DNA of 64,000 nt. Source: Tubulanus polymorphus. Taxonomy: Eukaryota; Animalia; Nemertea. The notes beneath the pieces are model-generated. The model saw nothing but the letters and a program-made list of their open reading frames with translations. It was not told the DNA's origin and did no database searches. This document shows, piece after piece, positions 22,620 through 34,986 of the stretch; within the stretch, counting starts at the first letter, position 1, and the number at the start of each line of letters is the position of its first letter. The stretch is taken from the NCBI RefSeq assembly GCF_964204645.1, contig NC_134028.1:14081653-14145652 (forward strand), in the 5' to 3' direction. The translations under genes and the position numbers were made by a program.

Positions 22620-25050
22620 CGAGAACAAACCGGACATCCACCTTCATCGTTTAATACTAAAAGTAATAAAGCCCGCATTGAATTTGAAAATAGGAATTTG
22701 TTTCTGTCGCGGTTACTCGTGCAAGTTTACAAAATATCAGATTGGAACATCTCTAACCCGTTAATTCAAGTCTATACAATAGGTGGAATACCACATATAC
22801 TTACTCAGTCTAAACACTTATACTGCTGGTCTATCACAGTCGATGTTCTGCAGTACATTGTCTTCAACTGGACTAGTGATCTCGTCTCGTCACCAGGTGA
22901 CTTTGGTGTATATAAACAGGAAGGTTTACGTATTGTGAGAACTGATATTTTACTCAGTTTTAACCATCTTAAACCTCTGAGTGTAAAATCAGACGGATTT
23001 CTCGTGATTCTGTGCCTTTTAACGACATCGGATTTTGTAAGATCGAATTTGAAAATAGAATTTGATGTGCAATCGATGACAATATCAGACGTCTACGTCA
23101 ACAAGCCAAGTATATGGGTTGTGAATCAAATTTGTATGAAATAATTGTTTTGATGATCTATGATTTTGATGAATATAATGCAGAGTGAAACAATCGAGAA
23201 ATGCAATGTTTCGAACTTCAGACAATATAACAGCGCAATTTTTAAAATCAAAATACTTATAATGATGGACAGAAGAAGGACGGTTATAGTGTAAACTACT
23301 AACTTATTATCAACATCGTTATGTATTTCAGGCAGCGTAAAATGTGAAATCATTGAACTCTCACAATATGTTCCAGCTCAATTTTTGAATCAAAATGATA
23401 TTGATGCACCGAAGAAGTTCAGTTTAAATGAAACGACTAACTTATTATCAACATGTTATGTATTTCAAGCAGCGAAAGTTGTGGAAATATTAAACTCTCT
23501 TGTTTTAAGTTTAAGGCATTTTACTTGTCGTTTTGCCGTCCGTAAGCGATTCTCTTATATTTCGGAATGATGTAGGCGCGATGTCATTACCAGCTATTTT
23601 TTCAGGTTGTAAGGAGTTTGAAATTCTAAACGTACAATGCTGTAATCAATTCTCTTACATTTTAGAATTCGAATGACGTGACAACAATTACAGCTGCTGC
23701 AATATTCCCGAGATTAAAGAATACATTGTATCGTGTAACTACATTACATTTAAAAACTGGAAAGTGAACATCTATGAATCACAGCAGTTGAAACTAACAG
23801 TGCTATCAGAAAACTGTGATCGAGCTGGTTTTTATATATTTGACGGTAGTAATTTCACAGCTAGACGCTATGGTCCGTATTGTCCTGGTTCATACTACGG
23901 TCGATCTGTCGTCAGCCTGATTACATCAGGTGAACCGGTTACTGTAGTAACATACGCTTATTACTATAACAATCAGTTAACAGTTGGTAGCTCATCTCTT
24001 ATATTTGCTCCTACTGATTGTGATGGTTATGTTCTACCGGAAGAAAAACGTCAGATCAATATGACGTCACACTGTCTCGTGATTACACCTGAAAATCGAC
24101 GCCTTCGTTTGAAAAATATTCACATATTATCAGAACACGAATATCAAACTGATAAATGTTTTCTCGGGATTTCATCGCGATGTGATCAGTCTCTGAGTTT
24201 GAGTATTAATCATTTTCTTAATAACAGTTCCGTATTAAACCACTGTAGATTTCACAGGTAATGAGTTTGGATTCTGGCAGGAACCACTAATAGTTAAACT
24301 ACGCCGTAAATGTCTAGGAGTGAAAAAATCCGATAGTTCTGGATTTCTTGGATCCCGTCTCCCAGTTACCACTAAAGATAAATGTGGACTCGTGCAGTCG
24401 CCGAACTACCCTGGTTGGGCAGGACGTAGATCAAAATCTATTTCCTAAAAATTTGAAAACCAACCAATTATATTTCAATATTACAGATTTATTGTCAAAT
24501 TCATTGGATCAGTTTCATGCAAACTACATGCATGATACAAACAACATGCATGAGAATGATCCGATCATTTTGATACAATCAATCAATTACGAACCCTTTC
24601 TTAATGGAAAACATTCCAAAACCATTGAAACCAAACATGAAACTAAAATATGTGATAATAACGCGGTTCGTGGACTTATATTTCATAGTTTAACAGATAA
24701 TACTCTGCATTTTGTAGTAATGAATGGTATACCCATCTTTCAAATACAATACACTTTACACGAGTTGTTACCGATTAAAGATTTCGATGATTTCTACTGT
24801 AAGGATTTCTAGATTCTGGAATTTCCTGTATCAAATTCATCAGAGATGAACGTCTGAATTGGGAGAACGCTGAAATATACTGTAGACAGAAGTACGCTGC
24901 ACATCTACTGAGTATCATTTCAGAACAGGAAATGATTTCATCAAAAGAATATTCGCTACAGAACTTCTCCGAATGGCGTACTCATTGAAAGCGCTCATAA
25001 TGATGATTGGATCGAAATGGAAGGTAATACTAATGTATTCAAAAATTAAT
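22620..25050 (+). pseudogene. Decayed, apparently intronless cysteine-containing extracellular-type gene (CUB-like segments)
   Basis: Consecutive + strand ORFs 22698, 23764 and 24348; NCDRAGFYIFDG..YGPYCPG and CWSITV resemble CUB strands; higher GC than the Polinton DNA. Confidence 0.4.
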
Positions 25051-25152
25051 TAGAAAAGAAAGAATTTTAAAGAAATAATATATTTAATTTTCTTCACGAA
25101 ACAGAATGATGGTTATTACACGTGGACTGGCGGTAAACCATTGAGCTACACA

Positions 25153-25305
25153 AGTAATAGGGAATAAGTTGTTTCATACCAAAGGTTGAAAGGGGCGAGT
25201 GAGTAAAAAATAAAAAATAAATTCTCGCAAACTCGAATTTATTTTTTATTTTTTACTCACTCGCCCCTTCAACCTTTGATATGAAACAACTTATTCCCTA
25301 TTACT
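25153..25305. repeat. Terminal palindrome, near-perfect, 153 bp
   Basis: AGTAATAGGGAATAAGTTGTTTCATA..AAATT-CTCGCAAACTCG-AATTT..TATGAAACAACTTATTCCCTATTACT. Confidence 0.95.
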
Positions 25306-25384
25306 CTTAAAATATTCATATATATGAATAAAATATGAATGAATAACTTCTAAAATCAATTTCAATAAAAAATTTAGTATTAAA

Positions 25385-28300
25385 ATGGAAGCAAATAAGT
25401 ACTACTGCCCAACATGTAATATCAATATAGACAAATCCCAAAAAGCTAGACACAATAAAACTAAAACACATTTAGAGAATAAATTGAAATTAGAATATGA
25501 AGATGATATATTAGAAACTAAATTAGATGAATTAAAGAATGAAAAAGAAACATACAAATGTGATACATGTAATCAATCATTCAGTGATAAAAGATATTAT
25601 AAAGAACATTTAAAATCTAAAAGTCATATTAGAAATATCAATAATGATATTTTAGGTGAAGAATATTTTGATAATGATAATGATAAGAAACAGAAGACAA
25701 TTAAAAGCATAAAAAATAAATTAAACAATAAAAGACCATACATGGAAGATGTAAGAAATTATATTAATTCATCAGATAATAAAAAAGATATAGAGATAAC
25801 CGAAGCATTTAAAAGTGATATTGGTCCAGCAGCTATCGAGTTTAAATTTCATAAAGGAGAAACATTAGAAGAAAATAAAAAACATTTAGAAAATATGAAA
25901 AATATTATAAAAATAATTACTGATGTTGAATATCCTAAAATAAGTATTTCATCAAAAGTTAAATTCATAAAATCTAAAGATAAACCAATATATAATATAA
26001 ATTCTCATTCACAACAGATTATATCTAAACAACATATAGATGATAAATTAGATAAATGTTATAATGAAGTAAAAACTAAAATAGAAGAGAAATATTTTGA
26101 AGGATCTGTTTTAATATTTGATGAAATAATATTTATGACTTTAAATGTTTATAACACAAAATAAGTTAACTAAATCAAAACCAATTGAAGAAAATAATGT
26201 ATCATATTATAAAGAACCAGATATTGAAGCATCGAGTTATATTAAACTACCATTTAAAACTAATGCTGTAATAAATGTACAAAATGAAGATGATATATGT
26301 TTTCTATGGGCTATAATAAGTTGTTTACATTCAACAGAAGATATTACACATAGTTTTAGATTAACTCATTATAAACCATTTGAAAATAATTATAAGATAG
26401 ATAATTATCCTGTTAGAATTAAAAATATCCCAAAAATAGAAAGAGATAATAATATAAAGATAAACGTATTTGATTTAATCAAATTACCAAGTACAAAAGG
26501 TAACAACATAAAACATTATACATTAGAACCTTTATATCTATCAAAAGATTATGACTCAAATGATGTTATAGATATATTATATTATGAAAATCATTATATG
26601 TGGATTAAAAGAATTGATTTATTCTTTAAATCAGAAAATGATTTTGATAATAAAATATATCTATGTAGAAAATGTTTACATAAATTCAGAACTGAAAGTG
26701 CATTATTAAATCATAAACAATTATGTGAAAATCATGATTATTGTAAATTAGTTTTACCAAATGAAAAGGATAAAATATTAGAATTCAAAAAATATGATTA
26801 CAAAAATAAAGTACCATTTGTAATATATGGAGATTTTGAATCATTAAATAAAGAACTAACTGATCAAGATAGAAAAGAAATGTAATATAAAAGAAAGAAA
26901 TTAAATTCTAATGAAAATGATTATTCTGAAGAACCACCAAAAACAAATACTATTAAAAAGATTCATCAATCAGCTGCTGCTTTCGGGTTATATATTAAAT
27001 CTGATTATCCAGAACTAATTGAAAGTGAATATTACGATTATAGAAATGAAAATGTTATCAATCATTTTTGTGACTTATTAATTGAATATGAAATAAGATT
27101 TAGTAAATTATTGAATACAAATATAGAAATTATAATGACAGAAGAAGATAAAGAAGAATTTGCGTTTGCAGATAAATGTTATTATTGTGAAAAGATATTT
27201 AATTATAAAGATAATAAAGTAAGAGACCATGATCATTTGAACGGAAAGTTTAGAGGCGCTGCACATGAGAATTGTAACTTACAAGCTAAGAAAATTAACT
27301 TTGTACCAGTTATATTTCATAATCTATCAGGATATGATGCACATTTATTCATCAAACAGTTATGTCATAAAATAGAAGAAATTAATAATGAAATAGAAAG
27401 ATTAAATTCAAATAGATCAAAAGATAAAATACCAACTTATAAATTTAGAATGTTAGTTAAAACTTCTGAGAATTATATATCATTCCAATTTGGTTGCCTA
27501 AGATTTATAGATTCATATAGATTTTTAAATAGTTCATTAGATAACTTATCAAAATCATTAGTTGATGATGAATTAAAGATATTAAAACAACACTACCCAA
27601 ATAATGATGATTTTCAATTAATGAGATATAAAGGCGCAATTCTATATTCTTTCTATAAAAATCGTAATGATTTTAACATAACTGAATTATTAAAAGAACA
27701 ATTTTATGATGAATTAAAAAATGAATATGTTAAAGATGAAGTATATAATAGATAATTGAATATTTGGAATCATTTCAATATAGAAAATCATGGGCAATTA
27801 GTAGATATATATTTAAAATCAGATGTATTATTATTAACCGATATATTCGAAAGGTTTAGAGATGTAAACCTAAAATATTTTAATATTGATCCTTGTCATT
27901 GTTATTCATCACCAGGATTAACATGGGATTGTGGATTAAAATTTACAGATATAAAAATGGATTTGTTAACAAATATAGATCAATTACTATTATTTGAAAA
28001 ATCTATAAGAGGAGGAGTTGCAGGTGTATTAGGGGATAGATATTTCAATGTAAATGATAACCCTGGATATAAGTTATTATATATAGATGCAAATAATTTG
28101 TATGGTTGGGCAATGATGGAACCACAACCTTATGGAGTATTTGAAATAAGTGAAGTTTTACAGAATGAAAATAATGATAAATTTGATTGGAAGAAAAGAA
28201 TTCTAGATATTGCAGATGATTCAGATACTGGTTACTTCTTTGTTGTAGATTTAGAATATCCTGAAGATAAAAAATTTAAATCTAGAAATCTAGCATACTG

Positions 28301-29420
28301 TCCCGAACATAAAACTGTAACTCATGAAGAATTATCAAATTAACAAAAAAGAATTAAACCCGAAAATCATATTCATACAGAAAAGTTAATGGTAACTCAA
28401 GAAGATAAATATAATTATGTAGTACATTACAGAATGTTAAAGTTTTATCTAAAACAAGGAATGATTCTAAATAAAGTACATAGATATATTTCATTCAGTC
28501 AATCTAAGTGGTTAGAAAAATATATAGATTTTAACACCAAACAGAGAACTAAAGCTAAAACTGATTTCGAAAAAGATTTCTTCAACTTAATGAATAATGC
28601 ATTCTATGGAAAAACTTGTGAAAATATTAGAAATAGAAATGATATTGAGTTAGTTAGTAATGGTAAAAGGATAAGGCATTTACAATCATATCCTAAGTTC
28701 ATTGGTAACAGAATATTTGATGAAAATTTAGCTGCAGTTAAGATGAGAAGAACATCAATGAAATTTAATAAACCAATCTATGTTGGCGCTTCAGTTTTAG
28801 AATTATCAAAATTACTAATGTATGAATTCTATTATAATGTATTACAACCACTTTTTGGAGAAAAGCATATAGAAATATTATATCTTGATACTGACAGTTA
28901 CATATTAAAGATAAAAACTGATAACATAACAGATGATTTAAAAACATTAAAACATCATTTTGATTTCAGTAATTATCCTAAAGATCATGAATTGTTTAGC
29001 AATGATAATAAAAAAGTTCCAGGGAAGTTTAAGGATGAATTAGGCGGTGAAGAAATGATAGAGTTCATAGGTATTAGATCTAAAATGTATTCATATAAAA
29101 CTAAAGAACATGAAGCTAAAAAGTTAAAAGGAATAACCAAAAGTGTAGTAGAAAAGAATATTCATTTCAAAGATTACATCAATTGTATATTCAATGAAGG
29201 AGTTAGAAAACATAAGATGAGATGTTTAAGATCTGAAGATCATGAAATGTTTATTGAAGAAATTGAAAAGATAAGTCTAAACCCATTTGATGATAAAAGA
29301 TATATTTTAGATGATGGAATTCATACAGTTGCTTATGGTTGCAATTTAGATGAATACTTAAAATTTAAAAGAGAAGAAACAAAAGAGAATGAGATAATGA
29401 AAAGAATTCTATTGTGTTAA
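25385..29420 (+). pseudogene. Full-length pPolB with a few stops/frameshifts (ZnF, vOTU-like, EndoVII-like, exonuclease, polymerase)
   Basis: ORFs 25385, 26145, 27111, 27756 and 28389 are collinear; YGDFES, FHNLSGYD, FIDSYRF, YLKSDV, DANNLYG, NNAFYGK, YLDTDS. Confidence 0.95.
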
Positions 29421-29449
29421 TCAAATTTTGATAAAAATATGTATTATAA

Positions 29450-29803
29450 ATGGAGAGTAAACAAACACACAGTGAGAAAAACAAATTATTTCTAGATAGA
29501 ATAAAAGATACTTCAAATGTCAAATCAGTAGATTATAAATTTAAGAAGTTAACAGAATAAACAATCCATAAGAAATATCTAATTGCAAACATTGTTACAG
29601 TTACTAACAAATATGGAGATAAATTAGTTATACACTTAGAATATGAAGGATTAAAAGGAAATACATATAAATTCAGAACATATTTACCAGATAGATTTCA
29701 TTGATTATCAAGTGAAGATTTAGAAGAATTATGTTCTGGTGATTTCTATTTCGTATACAAAGGTAAGAATGAAAAAGGGCATCATGAAATAGATTTCGAA
29801 TAA
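29450..29803 (+). pseudogene. Small OB-fold-like ORF with one stop
   Basis: Homolog of 46584; TAA at ~29558. Confidence 0.7.
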
Positions 29804-29820
29804 GAAAATATGTAAAATAA

Positions 29821-30576
29821 ATGGCGGAATTAAAAGCATACAGAATATTTGTTGATTCAAGAAAACTTACAAATTATAAATCACATAATTTACTAGTACA
29901 ATTAGATAGAGAATTCAAGAATTGTGTAGATTTAAAATTAGTAAATATAAGTTTATGTAATTCTTTTTATAATATATCGGATACAACTTTTGAACACAGA
30001 GGGTTTATGATTTATATGAGAAATAAAGATAATTGGTTTCATATATTTTTAAAACCAGGATTATATAATTTAGAATCATTAGCGCAGGAAATTCATAGAA
30101 GAGCTCGGTTGAAAATCGGGTGCACTTCTGTATTTGAAATTAAATTTAATAAAATTGATAGTACTAATAAAATAAGAATAAAGATATCTAATGAACAACA
30201 TAAATTTATGGTAAACAAACCACTGGCTAAAATGTTAGGAATTAAACCGCTTACAGTTACTGGAAACGCAGAAGGCAGCTCAAATATAATACCTTTTACA
30301 CACTTTTATATTTATTGCAATTTAATCGAGCCTACAAAAACTTTCGAAGCAACTAAAGAAACAATTTGTAGTTCTAGTATACTTAATATTTTACCGCTAA
30401 AAAATGTTAAACAATTTGGAACTCAAATAAATTATAATTTAACAGAATGTGATTTTAAACCTTGCATTCCTAAATTTAATAATTTTAAATTAGAAATAAG
30501 AAATCATAATGGATATCTAATTGATTTGAATAACTTTCCTGTGATATATGAATTAGTTATAAGATGTAGAGAGTAA
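29821..30576 (+). CDS. Minor capsid (penton, single jelly-roll) protein
   Basis: IFVDSR start; FYIYCNLIE..ILNILP..LEIRNHNGYLIDLNNFPVIYEL is typical of Polinton/virophage pentons. Confidence 0.75.
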   Translation: MAELKAYRIFVDSRKLTNYKSHNLLVQLDREFKNCVDLKLVNISLCNSFYNISDTTFEHRGFMIYMRNKDNWFHIFLKPGLYNLESLAQEIHRRARLKIGCTSVFEIKFNKIDSTNKIRIKISNEQHKFMVNKPLAKMLGIKPLTVTGNAEGSSNIIPFTHFYIYCNLIEPTKTFEATKETICSSSILNILPLKNVKQFGTQINYNLTECDFKPCIPKFNNFKLEIRNHNGYLIDLNNFPVIYELVIRCRE

Positions 30577-30595
30577 TTTTTTCATTATATAAATG
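30577..30595 (+). promoter_or_regulatory. T6-N7-TAAATG motif (poxvirus late-promoter-like), representative copy
   Basis: TTTTTT CATTATA TAAATG; same spacing before 30950, 31196, 31639, 32091, 33486 and 34987. Confidence 0.65.
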
Positions 30596-30949
30596 AATAT
30601 AACTGTTGGACCGAGTATATGTTTTGGGTTTGATTTTAAACATGAGAAAGAAATGAAATTTAACATTAATGATGTAATTACACGTATTAAAAATGTTGCA
30701 TTTTCTAATGAAACAACATTTGAGTATGAAACAACAATAGATAAAGAAACTTTAAATGTAGAAAAGATTACTAATTTAATTAGAGAATCTTTAAGATTTT
30801 ATGAATTAGATGAAGATTTTATCATCGATGATATTAAAAAAATAATAATTGAAATATATACAAATGAAATTAGTAATGAAATAAATGTTGAATTAATCAT
30901 CACTAAGTTAACTAAATATTTTGAAGATAGTAATTTTTTTGATAAATAA
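30593..30949 (+). CDS. 118 aa acidic hypothetical protein
   Basis: Intact ORF, three copies. Confidence 0.78.
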   Translation: MNITVGPSICFGFDFKHEKEMKFNINDVITRIKNVAFSNETTFEYETTIDKETLNVEKITNLIRESLRFYELDEDFIIDDIKKIIIEIYTNEISNEINVELIITKLTKYFEDSNFFDK

Positions 30950-31171
30950 ATGAGTGGTAATAAGTGGATAATAACTGGATCATATAATGGAGCATTATTA
31001 TCAGTTGGAACTGTTGGTTATTCAATGGTATTAAAAAAAGTATTTAAAATGGGAAGTGTTAATGTTGATAGATTTGATGTAAATGATATTTTAAAATTAA
31101 CGTTAGCAGTTACTTTATCTAATTTAACTATTGATTATTTGGAAAAACTAAAATATATTCCTCCCATATAA
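30950..31171 (+). CDS. 73 aa hydrophobic protein
   Basis: Intact; abuts the upstream stop (TAA ATG). Confidence 0.8.
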   Translation: MSGNKWIITGSYNGALLSVGTVGYSMVLKKVFKMGSVNVDRFDVNDILKLTLAVTLSNLTIDYLEKLKYIPPI

Positions 31172-31195
31172 ATGCATAATTTTTTTACTAAATAA

Positions 31196-31618
31196 ATGGC
31201 TTCTGCAATTATAACTATTATAGGATCGGCAATTGTTAACGCTTTAGCATTTACTGGTGGCGGTTATTTATTTAAACATATTGATAAAAATAGTTCATTA
31301 GGAGAACAAAGAAGACATAACTTAGCATTAGAGAAATATAATAAAGCAGCAGAAGAATATAGAGAAAAGAGGCAAAACTATATGGATTATATTAACAAGG
31401 AATTATATGATCAGAAGATTTCACATAGAGATTTTCAATCAGTTGATGATGCAATGAGTTTATATAACGCGGTAACCAATAAAGAAAAATTACATCTATA
31501 CAAACCTAAATTATCAGATTATTATACCCCAAGTAACGAACAACAGAAATATGAAATAATATGGATCTTAGGCGGAACTGTTATTGTTATATTTGTAGCA
31601 TATAGATTTACTAATTAG
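31196..31618 (+). CDS. 140 aa protein with hydrophobic N-terminus and C-terminal TM (putative virion membrane protein)
   Basis: MASAIITIIGSAIVNALAFTGGGYLF..IIWILGGTVIVIFVAY. Confidence 0.78.
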   Translation: MASAIITIIGSAIVNALAFTGGGYLFKHIDKNSSLGEQRRHNLALEKYNKAAEEYREKRQNYMDYINKELYDQKISHRDFQSVDDAMSLYNAVTNKEKLHLYKPKLSDYYTPSNEQQKYEIIWILGGTVIVIFVAYRFTN

Positions 31619-31638
31619 TAATTTTTTTTGCTAAATAA

Positions 31639-32074
31639 ATGGAAGATAAAGTTGATAATATTGATATTATTCCTCATGATATCAGTAAAACTAAATTAAA
31701 AACATATTTAGAAAAAAAAAATTTTAGAATTTGAATGTGACTTAAAGATAAAAAAGAAAAAATATTTAAAAAGTAAAATTATATATTATCTTATTATCAG
31801 TGGTTCGGTTACAATTAGTTCTGTAATAACATTTCTAGCAATATTCAGTCCATTAACACCTTTAGCTATATCAATTGGTGTATTAGGATTAAGTTCAAGT
31901 GTTTTAACTGGTATAAGTTCAAAATTGAATATAAAAAGTAATAAAGAAAAAATTAAAACTAATATAAAAGAAATTAATAAATTGAAGAATACACTAGATT
32001 ATATCATAAGTTTAAATGGTCATATAACAGTTGAAGAACAAGATAAATTATTAAAAGAATTAATAAATTATTAA
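31639..32074 (+). pseudogene. Two-TM small protein, frameshift in an A-run
   Basis: Homolog of 44317; long A-run at ~31712. Confidence 0.75.
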
Positions 32075-32090
32075 TTTTTTAATTATATAA

Positions 32091-33469
32091 ATGGTAGATA
32101 GTTTTCCAAAAGCTTTCCAATATAATAAATCAATTAAATATAATATTCCAGCAATAGATTTTAATAAAGATATTACATATAGAAATGAAGTTTTAGATTC
32201 ATTAACTAATTTAGAAATTTATGTTACTGAAACTAATAATTCTAATGCAAAGATGGAAAGTATATTTCATGTATATTTAATTGATTTTAAAAAATTGAAA
32301 GATGAAAAACGATGGTTATTAAAATTGGCAGAACCAATTAAATTTTGCTGTTTATTGTGCAACAACAGGATGTGGAATTAGTTGGAATGATCATTTGAAT
32401 AATTCTAAATATAAATTAATTCAAAGTTTATTTAGATTTCATACATACTTTCAAATCAGAATAATATTAAATGAATTAGAGTGTGCTTTACCAGGATCTA
32501 GGTATTTTAAAGAATTAGATAATAATATTAATTTATCAAAGTTTTATAAAATTTGTAATGAATTTAATATAGATATAAATAATTCTGATTTTAGAACAAA
32601 AATTGGAACAATAAGATCACTTCCTTGCCCTAAAAAGATTGCAGAATATTGTGCACTTCCCATACCATCTAATAGTTTGTATAATATCTATAGTAATAAA
32701 TTAGGTTATGGTAAAATAGAAACTAAGGATTTAGAAAAAAATTTTAAATTTCAATAAATTACCGACATTTTATGATAATTTAAAACAAGAAAACAATAAT
32801 GGTTGGGTTTATTTCATTTTAGAAAATAATGAAGGTTTTACAAAATCAGGTATACAAAGAATAAATCAATCTATTAGAACTTATTTGATATGTATTTTAG
32901 GTGCGCAAGTTGAAACAAGATCCCCAATAATTGGAAATTTAAATACCTCATTTGATACACAGAAACAATTCAAAGTATTATTTGAAGATTCTATTCATAA
33001 TGATAAAAATAGATCGATTCCAGAAAACATTGTAAGATATCAAAATTATTTAGATAAATCACATATTAGATTAAATTATTGTATAGGCCCTAATCTATTT
33101 ATTATTTCTAATGATTTAGTATTAAAGATAGGAAACATAATTGGTTACAATAATCTAATTAAAACTGCAACAATAAATAATTCATTTGGATTGAATGATA
33201 TAAATAAAAAGATTATTTCTGCTCCAAAATTAATGGAAGGCGAAAAAAATAAAAAACATATTTAATCAACAGAAACTAAAACTAAGAATATTAAATTAAA
33301 TGATGATTCTAAAATAAAAGATTATAATACATCAGAAAATATAAAAACTGATGATATTCAACACGATATAATTAAACTAAATGATGATAATAAATCCCAT
33401 GAAAATACTAAATTAGCTATAACTTGTATAGGAATTGTAATCGGAGGAATATTATATTTTAAATTTTAA
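32091..33469 (+). pseudogene. Conserved ~440 aa protein, fragmented
   Basis: ORFs 32091, 32395 and 32885 are collinear with 43104/41905. Confidence 0.8.
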
Positions 33470-33485
33470 TTTTTTTATTATGTAA

Positions 33486-34968
33486 ATGGATGTAGAAGGT
33501 GGAGAAGATTATGAAATGGACGGCATGGGAAATAATAATGACGGATATATTGATGATGATTATAATGATGCAGAAACAAGTTTTAATGATGGTTATGAAT
33601 CAGCATATAATTCTAATTTAGCAGATAGTGGTTCTAAAGGCCAATCAACAGATGAATATATTAGAGGAGCTAAATCGAGAATAGATATTGAAAATGAAGA
33701 TCCAGAATTATTAAAGAAAAATTTAGAATATAATGAATATATTTATAATTTCAAACCTATATTTGAAAAATCTGGATATAATATAAATGATAGAGGCGCT
33801 AGACTTTTAGTACAAGACTTAAAGTTTTTAGATGGTGAATATTATTATCGTTTGAAAGATGATTATTATATTGATATCTCTTATAAAAAACAAAACAAAA
33901 TATTAGCAGAATCAACTTTGCTTAATTTAAAACCAGATATAATTAAAAGAATAAGAAATAGTAATGAACCAGAAGATGTAACACAAGAAGAAATTATTAA
34001 AAATGAAAGAGTATTTAAACAAAGAATGAATGAATTATTTGAAACAATCGATAATAATTTAGAACCAGAAACAACTTCTGAACAGAATATAACTTCCAAA
34101 ACTAGTAGACCTAATTCAAGAGAAGTTCAAACTGAAAAACTTTTACCGAAGGGATTACTTGATGCAACAGATCAACAATTAGAAGATTTAGATATATTTT
34201 CTGATAAAGCAATTAGAGAGATTATTAGTATAAGACTTGCATCTGATAAAATTATGCATGATAAAAGTATAAGAGATTTTAAAATTAGAACTTTAGAAAA
34301 AGAATTAACTGATAAAAATAAAGAAATAGAACAATTAAAGTCTGATCTTGATCGTAAAGCAATTGATGAAATTGAATTTAAAAAAAGAAATGCGTATTTA
34401 AAAAAAGAAAAAGATGATTTAGAATATAACATAGAATTACAAAAAGAAGAAATTAAATTATTATTAAAATCATATGATTATAATATTGATAGATTAAAAG
34501 ATGTTTTTAAAAGATATCTAATAAAACCAAATTCTAAAATATCATTGAAAGATAGAATAAAATTATTATTTAAGTTTGAAGGAATAACAATTCTTTCAAT
34601 TCTAACGGCGGTAACTATGTTATTTACAACAATTGGTTTAGCAATATCAAATGCTTTAAAATCTACTCCTACTCCCAATAAACCGGATAAACCCCCGAAT
34701 GATAATAATTCTATACAAGATAAAGTTAAGGATGGTTTAAAGAAATTAGCAAAATATTTATGGGAACTATGAAAGAAATCTGCTGCAGCATTGCCAGGAG
34801 TTGTTGCATCAATTGTTGGTTTTATATTGAAATCTGCAGGAAACATTATTAACTTTGCTGCTGAACATATTATTTTATTTTTAATTACAGTTGTAAGTGC
34901 TATTATTTTTGGTTTAGTAAACATGATATCAAAAAATATCAAGTAAACATGATCAAAAATAAATAATT
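33486..34968 (+). pseudogene. Acidic/coiled-coil membrane protein (variant A), one stop at 34770
   Basis: 428 aa ORF, then TGA where other copies have Ser; reading continues ALPGVVASIVGFIL. Confidence 0.8.
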
Positions 34969-34986
34969 AATTTTTTTGTTAAATAA

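Noticed and set aside
25385-29420. Programmed frameshifting or stop readthrough in pPolB
   Set aside because: Disruptions fall at different positions in each copy, consistent with decay or sequencing error.
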